A stretch of DNA of 64,000 nt from positions 9,375 through 73,374 of the forward strand of contig DADA01000014.1 in NCBI GenBank assembly GCA_002494895.1. Direction: 5' to 3'. Origin of the DNA: Nitrososphaera sp. UBA210. Lineage in GTDB: Archaea > Thermoproteota > Nitrososphaeria > Nitrososphaerales > Nitrososphaeraceae. Positions 16,786-25,169 of this stretch are shown piece after piece. A program made the position numbers and the translations under genes. Below the pieces are notes generated by a model. That model was not told where the DNA came from, made no database searches, and was given only the letters and a program-made list of their open reading frames with translations. The number at the start of each line of letters is the position of its first letter. The first letter of the stretch is position 1.

Positions 16786-17448
16786 CTAGCGCAGCTTCTG
16801 GAACTGCCTGTCCTTTGTCGTAACCACTCCTACTTCTACTACCGGCTTTTCGCCCAGCGCCCTTTCAATCGCCTTGTCGCTCAGGGCTACTGCCTGCTCG
16901 ACGCTCATGTCCGCGCTGTAATCCTGCTGGAGCACATCCAGTGCCACGTCAGCTGACTGCCCTATTGCAAACCCGGAGCCTCGCATGAACGTTCCACTCG
17001 GGTCCACCTGGTATAGCTGGATGCCAGTCTGGTCTATTCCCGCGACTATAACAGACGCAGCCTGCGGCCTTACAGCGTATATCGTATAGTTGTGCAGGTA
17101 CGAGCCGATGTGCTTTGCCAGCGAGCCTACGTCAATCGGGCTTTCAAAGTTGAGCCGGTGCTTTTGCGCCTCGAGCCTGAGCTCCTCTATCAGCTGCAGA
17201 ATGTCGCCAATGTATCCCGAGCCTGTGGCGCCCACATGATTGTCGATGGCAAATATCTTTTCTGCCGGGTCTATCAGCGGCCTGACTGGTTTTATGTGGC
17301 TTGCGAGCAGCGCATATGTCGGAGTCCTGATTCCTATTGTGGTCGATCCCCTGCTTACAGCTTCCAGCGCGCTGTCGACCATCACGAGCCGGCCCTGCGG
17401 CCCGTAAAAGTACGGGTAGCGGCCGCCCATGTTGCTTGCTTCTGCCAT
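16786..17448 (-). CDS. psmA: Proteasome alpha-type subunit (divergent)
   Basis: GPQGRL...ALEAVSRGSTTIGI, EKIFAID, VRP, LYQVDPSG and AIG motifs. Confidence 0.88.
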   Translation of the reverse strand: MAEASNMGGRYPYFYGPQGRLVMVDSALEAVSRGSTTIGIRTPTYALLASHIKPVRPLIDPAEKIFAIDNHVGATGSGYIGDILQLIEELRLEAQKHRLNFESPIDVGSLAKHIGSYLHNYTIYAVRPQAASVIVAGIDQTGIQLYQVDPSGTFMRGSGFAIGQSADVALDVLQQDYSADMSVEQAVALSDKAIERALGEKPVVEVGVVTTKDRQFQKLR

Positions 17449-18024
17449 TTACTTTGCAACCTCCATTATCAGGTTTGGTATCACCAATACGTCAATGCCG
17501 TTTCCAGAGCCGGGGTCACGCTCCATTGCGGCAGACACCGCCTTTGCCGCTATCTGCCTGGCCTCCTCGTTTGTGATCTCTTTATGATATGTGCTTTCGA
17601 GCACGCCATAGGCGACAGGCGATCCCGAGCCGGACGACGCAAAGTCCTCTTCTGTCACCGCGCCGCTCATGTCAGCAGCATAGACGTGCGCGCCCTCCTG
17701 GTCGACGCCTGCTACGAGCAGCTCTACAAAGTATGGCTGGTAGTTCTTTAGTCCGGAATATGTCAGGTTTGCGATCAGTCTTGCGGACTCTTTGGTACTT
17801 AGCGGAAAGCCCCTTCTTAGCTCTATCAGCTTGCGCTCCGCCTTGGCCATCTTGATGAGATATTCTGCGTCAGAGAGCTGGCCTGCTATTGCGACTGCTA
17901 GCGTGTCGTCTATCTTTGCTATTTTTTGCGTTATTTTTGAGCCAATGAAAAAGCCCTTGCTTGCCCTTTTGTCAGAGCCCAGCACGACTCCTTCCCTGGT
18001 CTTTATGCCGACGATAGTTGTCAT
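17449..18024 (-). CDS. psmB: Proteasome beta-type subunit, no propeptide
   Basis: M-TTIVG start; Thr1, Asp17, Lys33, SGSGS and RDPGSG all present. Confidence 0.92.
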   Translation of the reverse strand: MTTIVGIKTREGVVLGSDKRASKGFFIGSKITQKIAKIDDTLAVAIAGQLSDAEYLIKMAKAERKLIELRRGFPLSTKESARLIANLTYSGLKNYQPYFVELLVAGVDQEGAHVYAADMSGAVTEEDFASSGSGSPVAYGVLESTYHKEITNEEARQIAAKAVSAAMERDPGSGNGIDVLVIPNLIMEVAK

Positions 18025-18092
18025 CTGGTATAGTATAGGAAGCCCCGGGTTAAGTTGACCGGCATTACAAGAACTAGGTCACATTCTTCGGG

Positions 18093-18791
18093 CTAGTTGT
18101 TAGCGCCATGATGATGGGAAAGAACGTACGCGTTTCCTATCCTATTTTCAACTACCTTGGTTATCTGCTGGTATATCGCGTACGAGCCAGCCATTGACTG
18201 CACCTTTTCCCTTTCTGTCGACGCGTTAGTTTCAATGACGATATAGTCGGAAATAAGCCTGAGGTTTATCTGGAACGAGCCGTCCTCACTTGCCCACTGG
18301 AGCGTATAGCCGGTCGCGCTTTCGATCATGCCGAGCCACCTGAGGTTCTTGAACCACTTGCCAACAAGGTGGCGCACAACTTCACTAGCTTTGACGTTGA
18401 CTGGGATGTACGTCTGTAAGAGCTGCATATAGTCCGTGCCCTTATGCTGCCGTTGCAGACTTGGCAGGCTCATCATTTTGCGGAGCTTGTAGCCTTCCTG
18501 CGTCTTTTCCACAAGGCCCATTTCCTCCAGCCTGTGCAGCGCCCTTGAAAGGCTCTGCTGGTGCAGGTTCAGCTTGCGCATCAGCCCCTTGAAAGAATAA
18601 TTCGACCCGGCCTCGTTCAATATAGTGAGGACCTTGTTGTCATTGTTGTGGAAATCGCTTGCGGAAGGCGAGTCCTCCTGGCTTACGATTATCTGGGCTG
18701 TCTTGCCGGAACTTATTTCGACAGATTTCTCTGCCTTGGCCTCTTCCTTGAGCGCTGCTGTTTCAGACTCTGCCTTGTCCACTTTCATCAT
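18093..18791 (-). CDS. Winged-helix (MarR-like) DNA-binding protein with C-terminal domain
   Basis: FKGLMRKLNLHQQSLSRALHRLEEMGLVEK wHTH. Confidence 0.8.
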   Translation of the reverse strand: MMKVDKAESETAALKEEAKAEKSVEISSGKTAQIIVSQEDSPSASDFHNNDNKVLTILNEAGSNYSFKGLMRKLNLHQQSLSRALHRLEEMGLVEKTQEGYKLRKMMSLPSLQRQHKGTDYMQLLQTYIPVNVKASEVVRHLVGKWFKNLRWLGMIESATGYTLQWASEDGSFQINLRLISDYIVIETNASTEREKVQSMAGSYAIYQQITKVVENRIGNAYVLSHHHGANN

Positions 18792-18854
18792 TAGCGCTCC
18801 TTGCGGATATAAATTGTAAAGTCGCCGCCTGCTGAGCAGGTAAGCAGAATGCTA

Positions 18855-19148
18855 CTATAGCACCTCTATGGAATCTTTGTCAAAGCCCATACCAGCCAGG
18901 ATGCTTTTTGCAGTCTCTCTGTGGTCGCCCTGGAGCTCTATCCGGCCTTCCTTGAAGGTGCCTCCGGTGCCAATCTTGTGCCTCATCATCCTTGCAATTT
19001 CCCGGGCATCCTGCCTGTCCTGAAGACCGGTTATCGTGGTGACTGGCCTGCGGAACTTTCTGATGTCCTTGGAAATAATTATCCGTAGCTCTCCTTTCTC
19101 TATTTCGCGAATAAGCTCGTCCATTGAATCATTATCAGACACTAACAT
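18855..19148 (-). CDS. Translation initiation factor aIF1/SUI1 homolog
   Basis: VTTITGL, GTGGTFKEGRIELQGDHR. Confidence 0.9.
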   Translation of the reverse strand: MLVSDNDSMDELIREIEKGELRIIISKDIRKFRRPVTTITGLQDRQDAREIARMMRHKIGTGGTFKEGRIELQGDHRETAKSILAGMGFDKDSIEVL

Positions 19149-19195
19149 TATCTATGAACTCCCGGGTTCAAAAGGGTTATCCCTGCGAAAAAAAG

Positions 19196-20185
19196 TCATG
19201 GGCGCTCGTCCACCTGCACTGGCACTTCGAGCTGGCGCCCGTATCGGTTCACCGTCAGCTTTAGTTTCTGGTTCAGCTGCTTGTTTCTGACGTGGGATGC
19301 GATCTGGGATGGGTCCTCTACTCTGCTTCCGTCAATCTCTTCGATAATATCTCCCCTTCGAAGCCCTGCGTCATCCGCCGGGCTATACGGCTCGACCCTT
19401 GCGACAAGTGCTCCCTCCCTTGCCGGCAGGCCGTAATGCCGGGCGAGCTGCGGAGTCACCCTCATTGAAGCGATTCCGATCCAGGGCCTGCTTACCCTGC
19501 CCTTCTCTATCAGCTCTTTCAATATCGTTTTGGCAGTATTGGCTGGAACTGCAAAACCGATTCCCTGCGCGTACGGCATGTTCGCAGTGTTGATGGCTAT
19601 TACTTCGCCCTTTGTGTTGACTAGCGGCCCGCCGGAATTTCCGGGGTTAATCGCCGCGTCAGTCTGTATCAGCTCCAGCACTCCGTTTCTTGTCTGGATG
19701 CTCCTGTTCAGCGAGCTGACTATGCCGGCAGTCACTGCAGGGCCTCCGGTAAATCCAAACGGGTTGCCAATAGCAAGCACTATCTGGCCCGCCTTGAGGT
19801 CATCAGAGTTTCCGAGCTGGGCGGCCGGGAGTGGCTGATCGGATTCTACTTTTAGCACTGCCAGGTCTGTCACGTCATCGCTTCCGGCCACTTTTCCCTT
19901 CAGCACTGTGCCGTCTGCAAGCGTTACTTTCAGCCTCTCGGCATCGTCTATTACGTGGTTGTTTGTCAGGATGTAGCCCTTTTCATCAATAATGACTCCA
20001 GAGCCAACGCCTTCGACGGGGAAAACCCGAAAGACCTGGTCCTGCAGCATCCTCACGCTGGCAATGTTGACTACGCTCTTGCCAACCTTGTCTACCGCGT
20101 TCACGAGTACGTCTTCTGAAACAGGCACCGTTATTTCGCGATCACCTTTGTTGAATTTCGCATTACAGTATATTGCATCGCGCAC
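19196..20185 (-). CDS. HtrA/DegP-family serine protease with one PDZ domain, no TM anchor
   Basis: TNNHV, DLAVL, QTDAAINPGNSGGPL and PDZ; true start may be the GTG at VPVSED. Confidence 0.93.
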   Translation of the reverse strand: MRDAIYCNAKFNKGDREITVPVSEDVLVNAVDKVGKSVVNIASVRMLQDQVFRVFPVEGVGSGVIIDEKGYILTNNHVIDDAERLKVTLADGTVLKGKVAGSDDVTDLAVLKVESDQPLPAAQLGNSDDLKAGQIVLAIGNPFGFTGGPAVTAGIVSSLNRSIQTRNGVLELIQTDAAINPGNSGGPLVNTKGEVIAINTANMPYAQGIGFAVPANTAKTILKELIEKGRVSRPWIGIASMRVTPQLARHYGLPAREGALVARVEPYSPADDAGLRRGDIIEEIDGSRVEDPSQIASHVRNKQLNQKLKLTVNRYGRQLEVPVQVDERP

Positions 20186-20221
20186 GATAAATTGACCGGC
20201 TTTGGCAAAACCCGGTCACAG

Positions 20222-20698
20222 CTAATTTACCAGCTTGGCCTTCTTTAATACGAAAATGATGGCGGTTGTGCCAGCAACGGCTATTCCGGCCGTGGCAAGC
20301 ACCCACCCTAGGGGGAGTCCAAACCAATAGGCCGAGCGTTCTCTATTGTCAATCAAGCTGTTAGAAAAGTCGTTGATGTCAGGCGCCTGGTCATCGAGGA
20401 AATAGTAAAAGTAGACATTGTAATTGGCAAAGTTGTCCGGCGCGCTGCGATATTCTACCCATTCATTCAACGTTCCATCTTTGATCGCCTGATCCATCTC
20501 CGCTTTCTTTATTTCCATCCACGCCTGTCCTTTGTATTCATAGTATTCCTCCCAGGTAGCCTTTAGATATTCTTCCGCATAAGGCGGCGTGTCAAGGCAG
20601 GGTTTTTCCGGCCAGTCACTGTCCCGAATGCAATCCGCATAGGCCGGCTGCAGAATAATACCTGCCAATATGATCAGAACGGCAGCAACAAATAACAT
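20222..20698 (-). CDS. Secreted protein with C-terminal TM anchor
   Basis: Signal peptide (PAYA-D), C-terminal hydrophobic helix followed by KK. Confidence 0.75.
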   Translation of the reverse strand: MLFVAAVLIILAGIILQPAYADCIRDSDWPEKPCLDTPPYAEEYLKATWEEYYEYKGQAWMEIKKAEMDQAIKDGTLNEWVEYRSAPDNFANYNVYFYYFLDDQAPDINDFSNSLIDNRERSAYWFGLPLGWVLATAGIAVAGTTAIIFVLKKAKLVN

Positions 20699-20741
20699 GT
20701 CGCAGATCTGATTGCATTATTCGGGCTATTAAGCACTGATA

Positions 20742-21338
20742 CTATGGCCTATAGTGCGCTGCAAATGTATTAGGCTCTGTACCCTCAACGTCGCTTGCGA
20801 ATTGCGACCTGATAATCCTGCCATAGACTACCAGATCGCGGGACATCATCTCTACTCTCTTGGCCAGCCTTGCATTGGATATCGCGCTGCCTGCAAAATC
20901 CGGCTCGCCTCCCACCGAGACTCCGTATGGCATGCTCCAGCCATAGCATTGTCGGACAGCTGTTCTCATCTGCTCCATAACGGTCAGGCCTTTTTCATGG
21001 GATGCCACGACGTATCCGAACAGCTTTCCGGCAAATTCCTCATAGAAATAGTCAAGAAAGTTCTTTAGCGCACCCGACATTGATCCGTGGTAGTCAGGGG
21101 TGGCAAGTACAAATGCGTCAGCCCATGCGACATGCTCTGCTGCCAGCTCTACTTCCTGAGATGCTTCAGCGTTTGGATTGTACAGCGGCAGTGCTGTCTT
21201 GCCCAGCTCTAACAGCCGGACTTCAGCGCCTTGCTTTTTGGCATGCTCGAGGACTATTTTTAGCGCGCGGGTACTGTACGACTGGCCTCTGGTGCTGCCA
21301 GCCACACCCAAGACTTTGAAATTAGTTGTTGATGGCAT
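20742..21338 (-). CDS. NADPH-dependent FMN reductase
   Basis: GSTR and TPDYHGSMSGALKNFLD motifs. Confidence 0.92.
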   Translation of the reverse strand: MPSTTNFKVLGVAGSTRGQSYSTRALKIVLEHAKKQGAEVRLLELGKTALPLYNPNAEASQEVELAAEHVAWADAFVLATPDYHGSMSGALKNFLDYFYEEFAGKLFGYVVASHEKGLTVMEQMRTAVRQCYGWSMPYGVSVGGEPDFAGSAISNARLAKRVEMMSRDLVVYGRIIRSQFASDVEGTEPNTFAAHYRP

Positions 21339-22050
21339 ATTTCTCTGGCAGATCCAACAGTATCAACTCTGTAGGCCGGTCCGCCAGTATTGAAAGCTTT
21401 CTTTCGTTCTCTATCCTTGCGACGTCTCTGGTCTTTAGCGAGTCGTGGCCATTCAGCTTTACACTGCCGTCTATTATGAAAAGGTAGGCCTTGCGGCCCG
21501 GCAAGATATCATGATCTATCTTGCTGCCTGGCTCTATGGACGAAACATAGATAGCCGCGTCTTGGTGAATGTGCAGAGCCGGACCATTATTCTGGTTTTC
21601 CGGGACGACAATAGGCAAGAGCCTGTTCTTCCTCTCCTCCTTTGAAAACTTTTTCTGCTCCCACGATGGCGGCAGTCCGCGCCTGTTCGCAAATATCCAC
21701 AACTGCAATAGCCTGAGCGGCTTTTCTTTAGAGTGGTTGTACTCGGAATGCAGTATGCCGGTTCCAGCAGTCATCCTCTGGACCTCGCCTGGCTGTATCA
21801 CTCCGTGGTTGCCTTGGTTGTCCTTGTGCTCCAGCTCACCGTCAATAACGTAGGTGATTATTTCCATATCGCGATGTGGATGAAAGCCAAAGCCGGTACC
21901 GGGCTTTATGATGTCGTCGTTGAAGACGCGCAGCGGCCCAAAGTTCATGTTCTGTGGATCCTGGTAGTGGTCGAAGGAAAAGTGCCAGTTGGTCGAGAGC
22001 CAGTCCTCTTCGTTGTGGTAGTGCTCGTTTGATCGGATTATCTTGATCAT
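21322..22050 (-). CDS. Pirin-family protein
   Basis: GFGFHPHRDMEI, MTAGTGILHSE and LQLWI; start placed at MIKIIR about 23 nt after TATA CTTAAATA. Confidence 0.92.
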   Translation of the reverse strand: MIKIIRSNEHYHNEEDWLSTNWHFSFDHYQDPQNMNFGPLRVFNDDIIKPGTGFGFHPHRDMEIITYVIDGELEHKDNQGNHGVIQPGEVQRMTAGTGILHSEYNHSKEKPLRLLQLWIFANRRGLPPSWEQKKFSKEERKNRLLPIVVPENQNNGPALHIHQDAAIYVSSIEPGSKIDHDILPGRKAYLFIIDGSVKLNGHDSLKTRDVARIENERKLSILADRPTELILLDLPEKYAINN

Positions 22051-22251
22051 GCCTTTGTAATGGCGGGCAGGATATTTAAGCATGGTAGCATTTCCTTACC
22101 TAGTTAGTTTGTCTAGCACTACTTGGTTAGCCGGCACTTGCTGTTAACGCAGCAGCGGTTTCAGGGAGAATAAAATGATTGTTGATTAATGTTGTTCTGG
22201 TATTAGATCTAAATACAGGAAGTCCCTAGATGACAACAGTCGAAGGCGACA

Positions 22252-23445
22252 ATGACTGTGGGCTTGGTAGACGTATCAGGAAGGTCTAGCAAATTGGGTA
22301 GACAATACACAGCTGTAACCATCACTATTTTCGCCTTGCTTGCACTCACCATCGCTGATCCACCATCAAACGCTAATATCTCGTTTCATGCATATGGCGA
22401 CTCCGCCGGCTTGGTGACTCTGTTTTCACCGGTTGTGATGGATTCAAATTTCAATGAGCTCGCCTCTGCACTAGTGGGTCAACAACTGATATTGTTAACC
22501 GGGTTCGCCAATACCGGAAATATTGAATCAGAATATGTATTACTTACCGAAGCGCGAAACGAAACGGGAGTTACAGTTTTTCTAGATTCAAGATGGGGCA
22601 AGGTGATTTCAGGAAAAGATGCGGAAATACATCATGTATGGAGACAGGTGGAATCAGGAACATTCGAGCTTAGAAGTTTTCTTATGTCTGCAGATTGTTT
22701 TCCAGAGATTCTTACTCCAGTAAACATTGGCAAGGTTGTGGTAAAATCATCGGACGGCAGCCATGCACCGACACCTCGTCTGGAAGATCTGACGATGGAT
22801 CAGATCCAACGGCTAACAAGAGAAGAAATAGAGGCGATAGAGCTCGAGGAGAATAGGCGCTCAGATATCGACAGTGAAGCTTCTGATGCGGAAGACCAGA
22901 GAATAGAAGCAAAGGAGCGAAGGATACGGGAACTAATCTGGTCAGACGAAAGAATCAAAGAATATCAAGAGACTTTCGCTGTGTTTGGATTCGATTCACA
23001 TTTTGTCATGGATGAGCAGGGCCTATGTGACAACGCTGAAATGACAATCCATGTAGCAAAGGAGCGCCACGTCGAAGGTGATTGGCAGACATCATACATC
23101 AGGACGTTTAGCGGGAGATTAGAGCTTGAAGTAACCGTCATCGACGGAGCAATATCTTCCATAGCCGCAAATCCACTGAATGACACCATAAGCGAGTATT
23201 CATTCAATGAAGAGCAGAAGAAAGCTATCAGGATAGCGGTGGAGAACAACACAGTGCGAGAATTATTTCGGGACAAAGAGATGGAAATAGGAGTAGTTAG
23301 AGCCTCCGATGTCTTTTTCAACGGGTGCGAAGGGACATGCGGAATTGTTGTTATTCATCAGAAAGAGGATAGGGAAAAAACTGTTACTGTCAAGGTAGAT
23401 GTATCGAACGAACGTGTGATATCAATTAGTGCAAGCTGGAACTAG
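22252..23445 (+). CDS. Hypothetical exported protein
   Basis: 397 aa with N-terminal TM/signal and beta-rich Ig-like first domain (inference). Confidence 0.7.
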   Translation: MTVGLVDVSGRSSKLGRQYTAVTITIFALLALTIADPPSNANISFHAYGDSAGLVTLFSPVVMDSNFNELASALVGQQLILLTGFANTGNIESEYVLLTEARNETGVTVFLDSRWGKVISGKDAEIHHVWRQVESGTFELRSFLMSADCFPEILTPVNIGKVVVKSSDGSHAPTPRLEDLTMDQIQRLTREEIEAIELEENRRSDIDSEASDAEDQRIEAKERRIRELIWSDERIKEYQETFAVFGFDSHFVMDEQGLCDNAEMTIHVAKERHVEGDWQTSYIRTFSGRLELEVTVIDGAISSIAANPLNDTISEYSFNEEQKKAIRIAVENNTVRELFRDKEMEIGVVRASDVFFNGCEGTCGIVVIHQKEDREKTVTVKVDVSNERVISISASWN

Positions 23446-23566
23446 AGGCACAAAGAACTAGAACGCATGCTTGTTGTGTGCAACAGTGTTCAATGGCTAA
23501 TCGATCTGCGGCTATTCTATTACTAATGCAGATTCTTGAAATGATTGTTGCTGCTTATTTCGAGAG

Positions 23567-23728
23567 TTGCGCAACAAGGGCTCATGCAGGAACTGCGGCA
23601 CGTTCCAAAAGCCCGTGTCGATATGCATAATGTGCAAGGAGGATGTTTCGTGGCTGTGCGACAACTGCGGCCAAGCCGACGATGCGACCCATAACCATCT
23701 CCCGACCAGCATCATGCGCAACGCGTAG
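23567..23728 (+). CDS. 53-aa Zn-finger microprotein (not in ORF track)
   Basis: TTG start: MRNKGSCRNCGTFQKPVSICIMCKEDVSWLCDNCGQADDATHNHLPTSIMRNA; three CxxC plus HxH. Confidence 0.7.
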   Translation: MRNKGSCRNCGTFQKPVSICIMCKEDVSWLCDNCGQADDATHNHLPTSIMRNA

Positions 23729-23737
23729 AATCTGTAC

Positions 23738-24406
23738 TCAGCTTCTCGGACTTTCCATGTTCTGGAGCGGCAACGCAATCTTGCTCTCTTGCACCTGAAT
23801 AGATCCATGCTGCTCCGGCTTTGGCTGCGCAGCCGACGCCATGAGATGCTGACTCCTTGCAAGGAATTCAAGAAGTATCCTGCTCCGCTCGTCCGACATC
23901 TCGCTTGTCTGTACTTCAAAAACGCCGTGGACTACCAGCTTGTCGTCTTTTGACTGGTAGAGCCCAACTTCAATAAGGCCGTGTCCGCTGCTTACTATTG
24001 CTTCCTTCATGCTGTCCACTAACAGCTGCGAGTCGGGAAACGGACGTGGGACATACGACACCACTTCGTCGATGATGGTGTCGCCGTAGATCATGACAGG
24101 GCTGCTGATCAGCAGATAGTTTGGCACCTTGATGAGCCTGCCAGTGCGGACAGACGGCAGCCGCTCGCCATCGCCAACTTCCATTACAGTGGTCCTCAAA
24201 AGCCCGATCTCCATTATGTCGCCCTTGGTCATGGTGCCTCCAGAAGAAATCTTGATCCTGTTGCCCACCTTGATGTCCTTGATTTTCCTGATGACCATGC
24301 TGGCAACGAGGTCAGCAATGAAGTCCTTAAAGACAAAGGAAAACCCCATTGAGCTAAAGACAATACTCAGTAGTGGTATGTACCCCAGTAGGCTTTCGGT
24401 GGACAT
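23738..24406 (-). CDS. MscS-like mechanosensitive channel domain protein
   Basis: FKDFIADL...IKVGNRIKI...GDIMEIGLLRT...IKVPN pattern. Confidence 0.75.
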   Translation of the reverse strand: MSTESLLGYIPLLSIVFSSMGFSFVFKDFIADLVASMVIRKIKDIKVGNRIKISSGGTMTKGDIMEIGLLRTTVMEVGDGERLPSVRTGRLIKVPNYLLISSPVMIYGDTIIDEVVSYVPRPFPDSQLLVDSMKEAIVSSGHGLIEVGLYQSKDDKLVVHGVFEVQTSEMSDERSRILLEFLARSQHLMASAAQPKPEQHGSIQVQESKIALPLQNMESPRS

Positions 24407-24485
24407 CTGGTGACTCTGCTGCCTGTAAAAACAAGATTAAGCCGATGACTTGAAAAGTTCTTACCAGAGAAGAAAAACTGTTAAA

Positions 24486-24614
24486 CTAGATTGACAGCCT
24501 TTTGGAACATGAGAGGCATTCGACTATCGCGAGATTTTCTGCGTTCTCTATCACTTTGAACTTTTTCGAGCCGCACCGGGGGCATATGGGGCATGCTCTC
24601 AGTGCCTTTCCCAT
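24486..24614 (-). CDS. 42-aa Zn-ribbon microprotein (not in ORF track)
   Basis: MGKALRACPICPRCGSKKFKVIENAENLAIVECLSCSKRLSI; starts 3 nt after the nadM stop. Confidence 0.65.
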   Translation of the reverse strand: MGKALRACPICPRCGSKKFKVIENAENLAIVECLSCSKRLSI

Positions 24615-24617
24615 GTC

Positions 24618-25169
24618 CTACCACTTTTGGGGCTGGCTGTCAGAAGTAGTGGCAGCCAAAAGCCTGATCCTCTCAGTCCCACCAACATGCTCCATTGCTT
24701 TTGCAACCGCTCTGGGAACGAGATGCTTCCACGGCTTTCCTGCTATTATCAACCGACGAATGTGCGTGGCATTGAACTGAGCCTTTCTGGCAAACCTGGG
24801 ACGCCTGATCTCAACACTCGGATCCTGCGAAAGCGCCAGGTGCTTTACAAGGTCGTTTCCAGAATACAGGACGTCAAAGGCCGGGACCATCGACCTTAGA
24901 TATGCAAGCCACCTCGCGTTATTGTCGTCATTTGGAAGGGGGATAATGAAACATTTCGAGAGGTCCGCGCCTCCCTCTGACAGAGCCGCGTGGATCATTG
25001 AGATTCTCTCGCCCGCGGTGAAAGGATCCCTGTCGATATAGTTGTACTGGGCGCTTCCAATTACAATTACCAGCTCGTCGCACTCGCTGAGAATCTGCTT
25101 TGCAAGTGCAAGGTGGCCATTATGGAAGGGCTGGAAGCGGCCAAGCATAAGGCCGCGCCGGGCAGTCAT
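24618..25169 (-). CDS. nadM: Nicotinamide-nucleotide adenylyltransferase
   Basis: GRFQPFHNGH, IGSAQ, PFTAGER and NATHIR; ATGA overlap with the metG stop. Confidence 0.93.
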   Translation of the reverse strand: MTARRGLMLGRFQPFHNGHLALAKQILSECDELVIVIGSAQYNYIDRDPFTAGERISMIHAALSEGGADLSKCFIIPLPNDDNNARWLAYLRSMVPAFDVLYSGNDLVKHLALSQDPSVEIRRPRFARKAQFNATHIRRLIIAGKPWKHLVPRAVAKAMEHVGGTERIRLLAATTSDSQPQKW

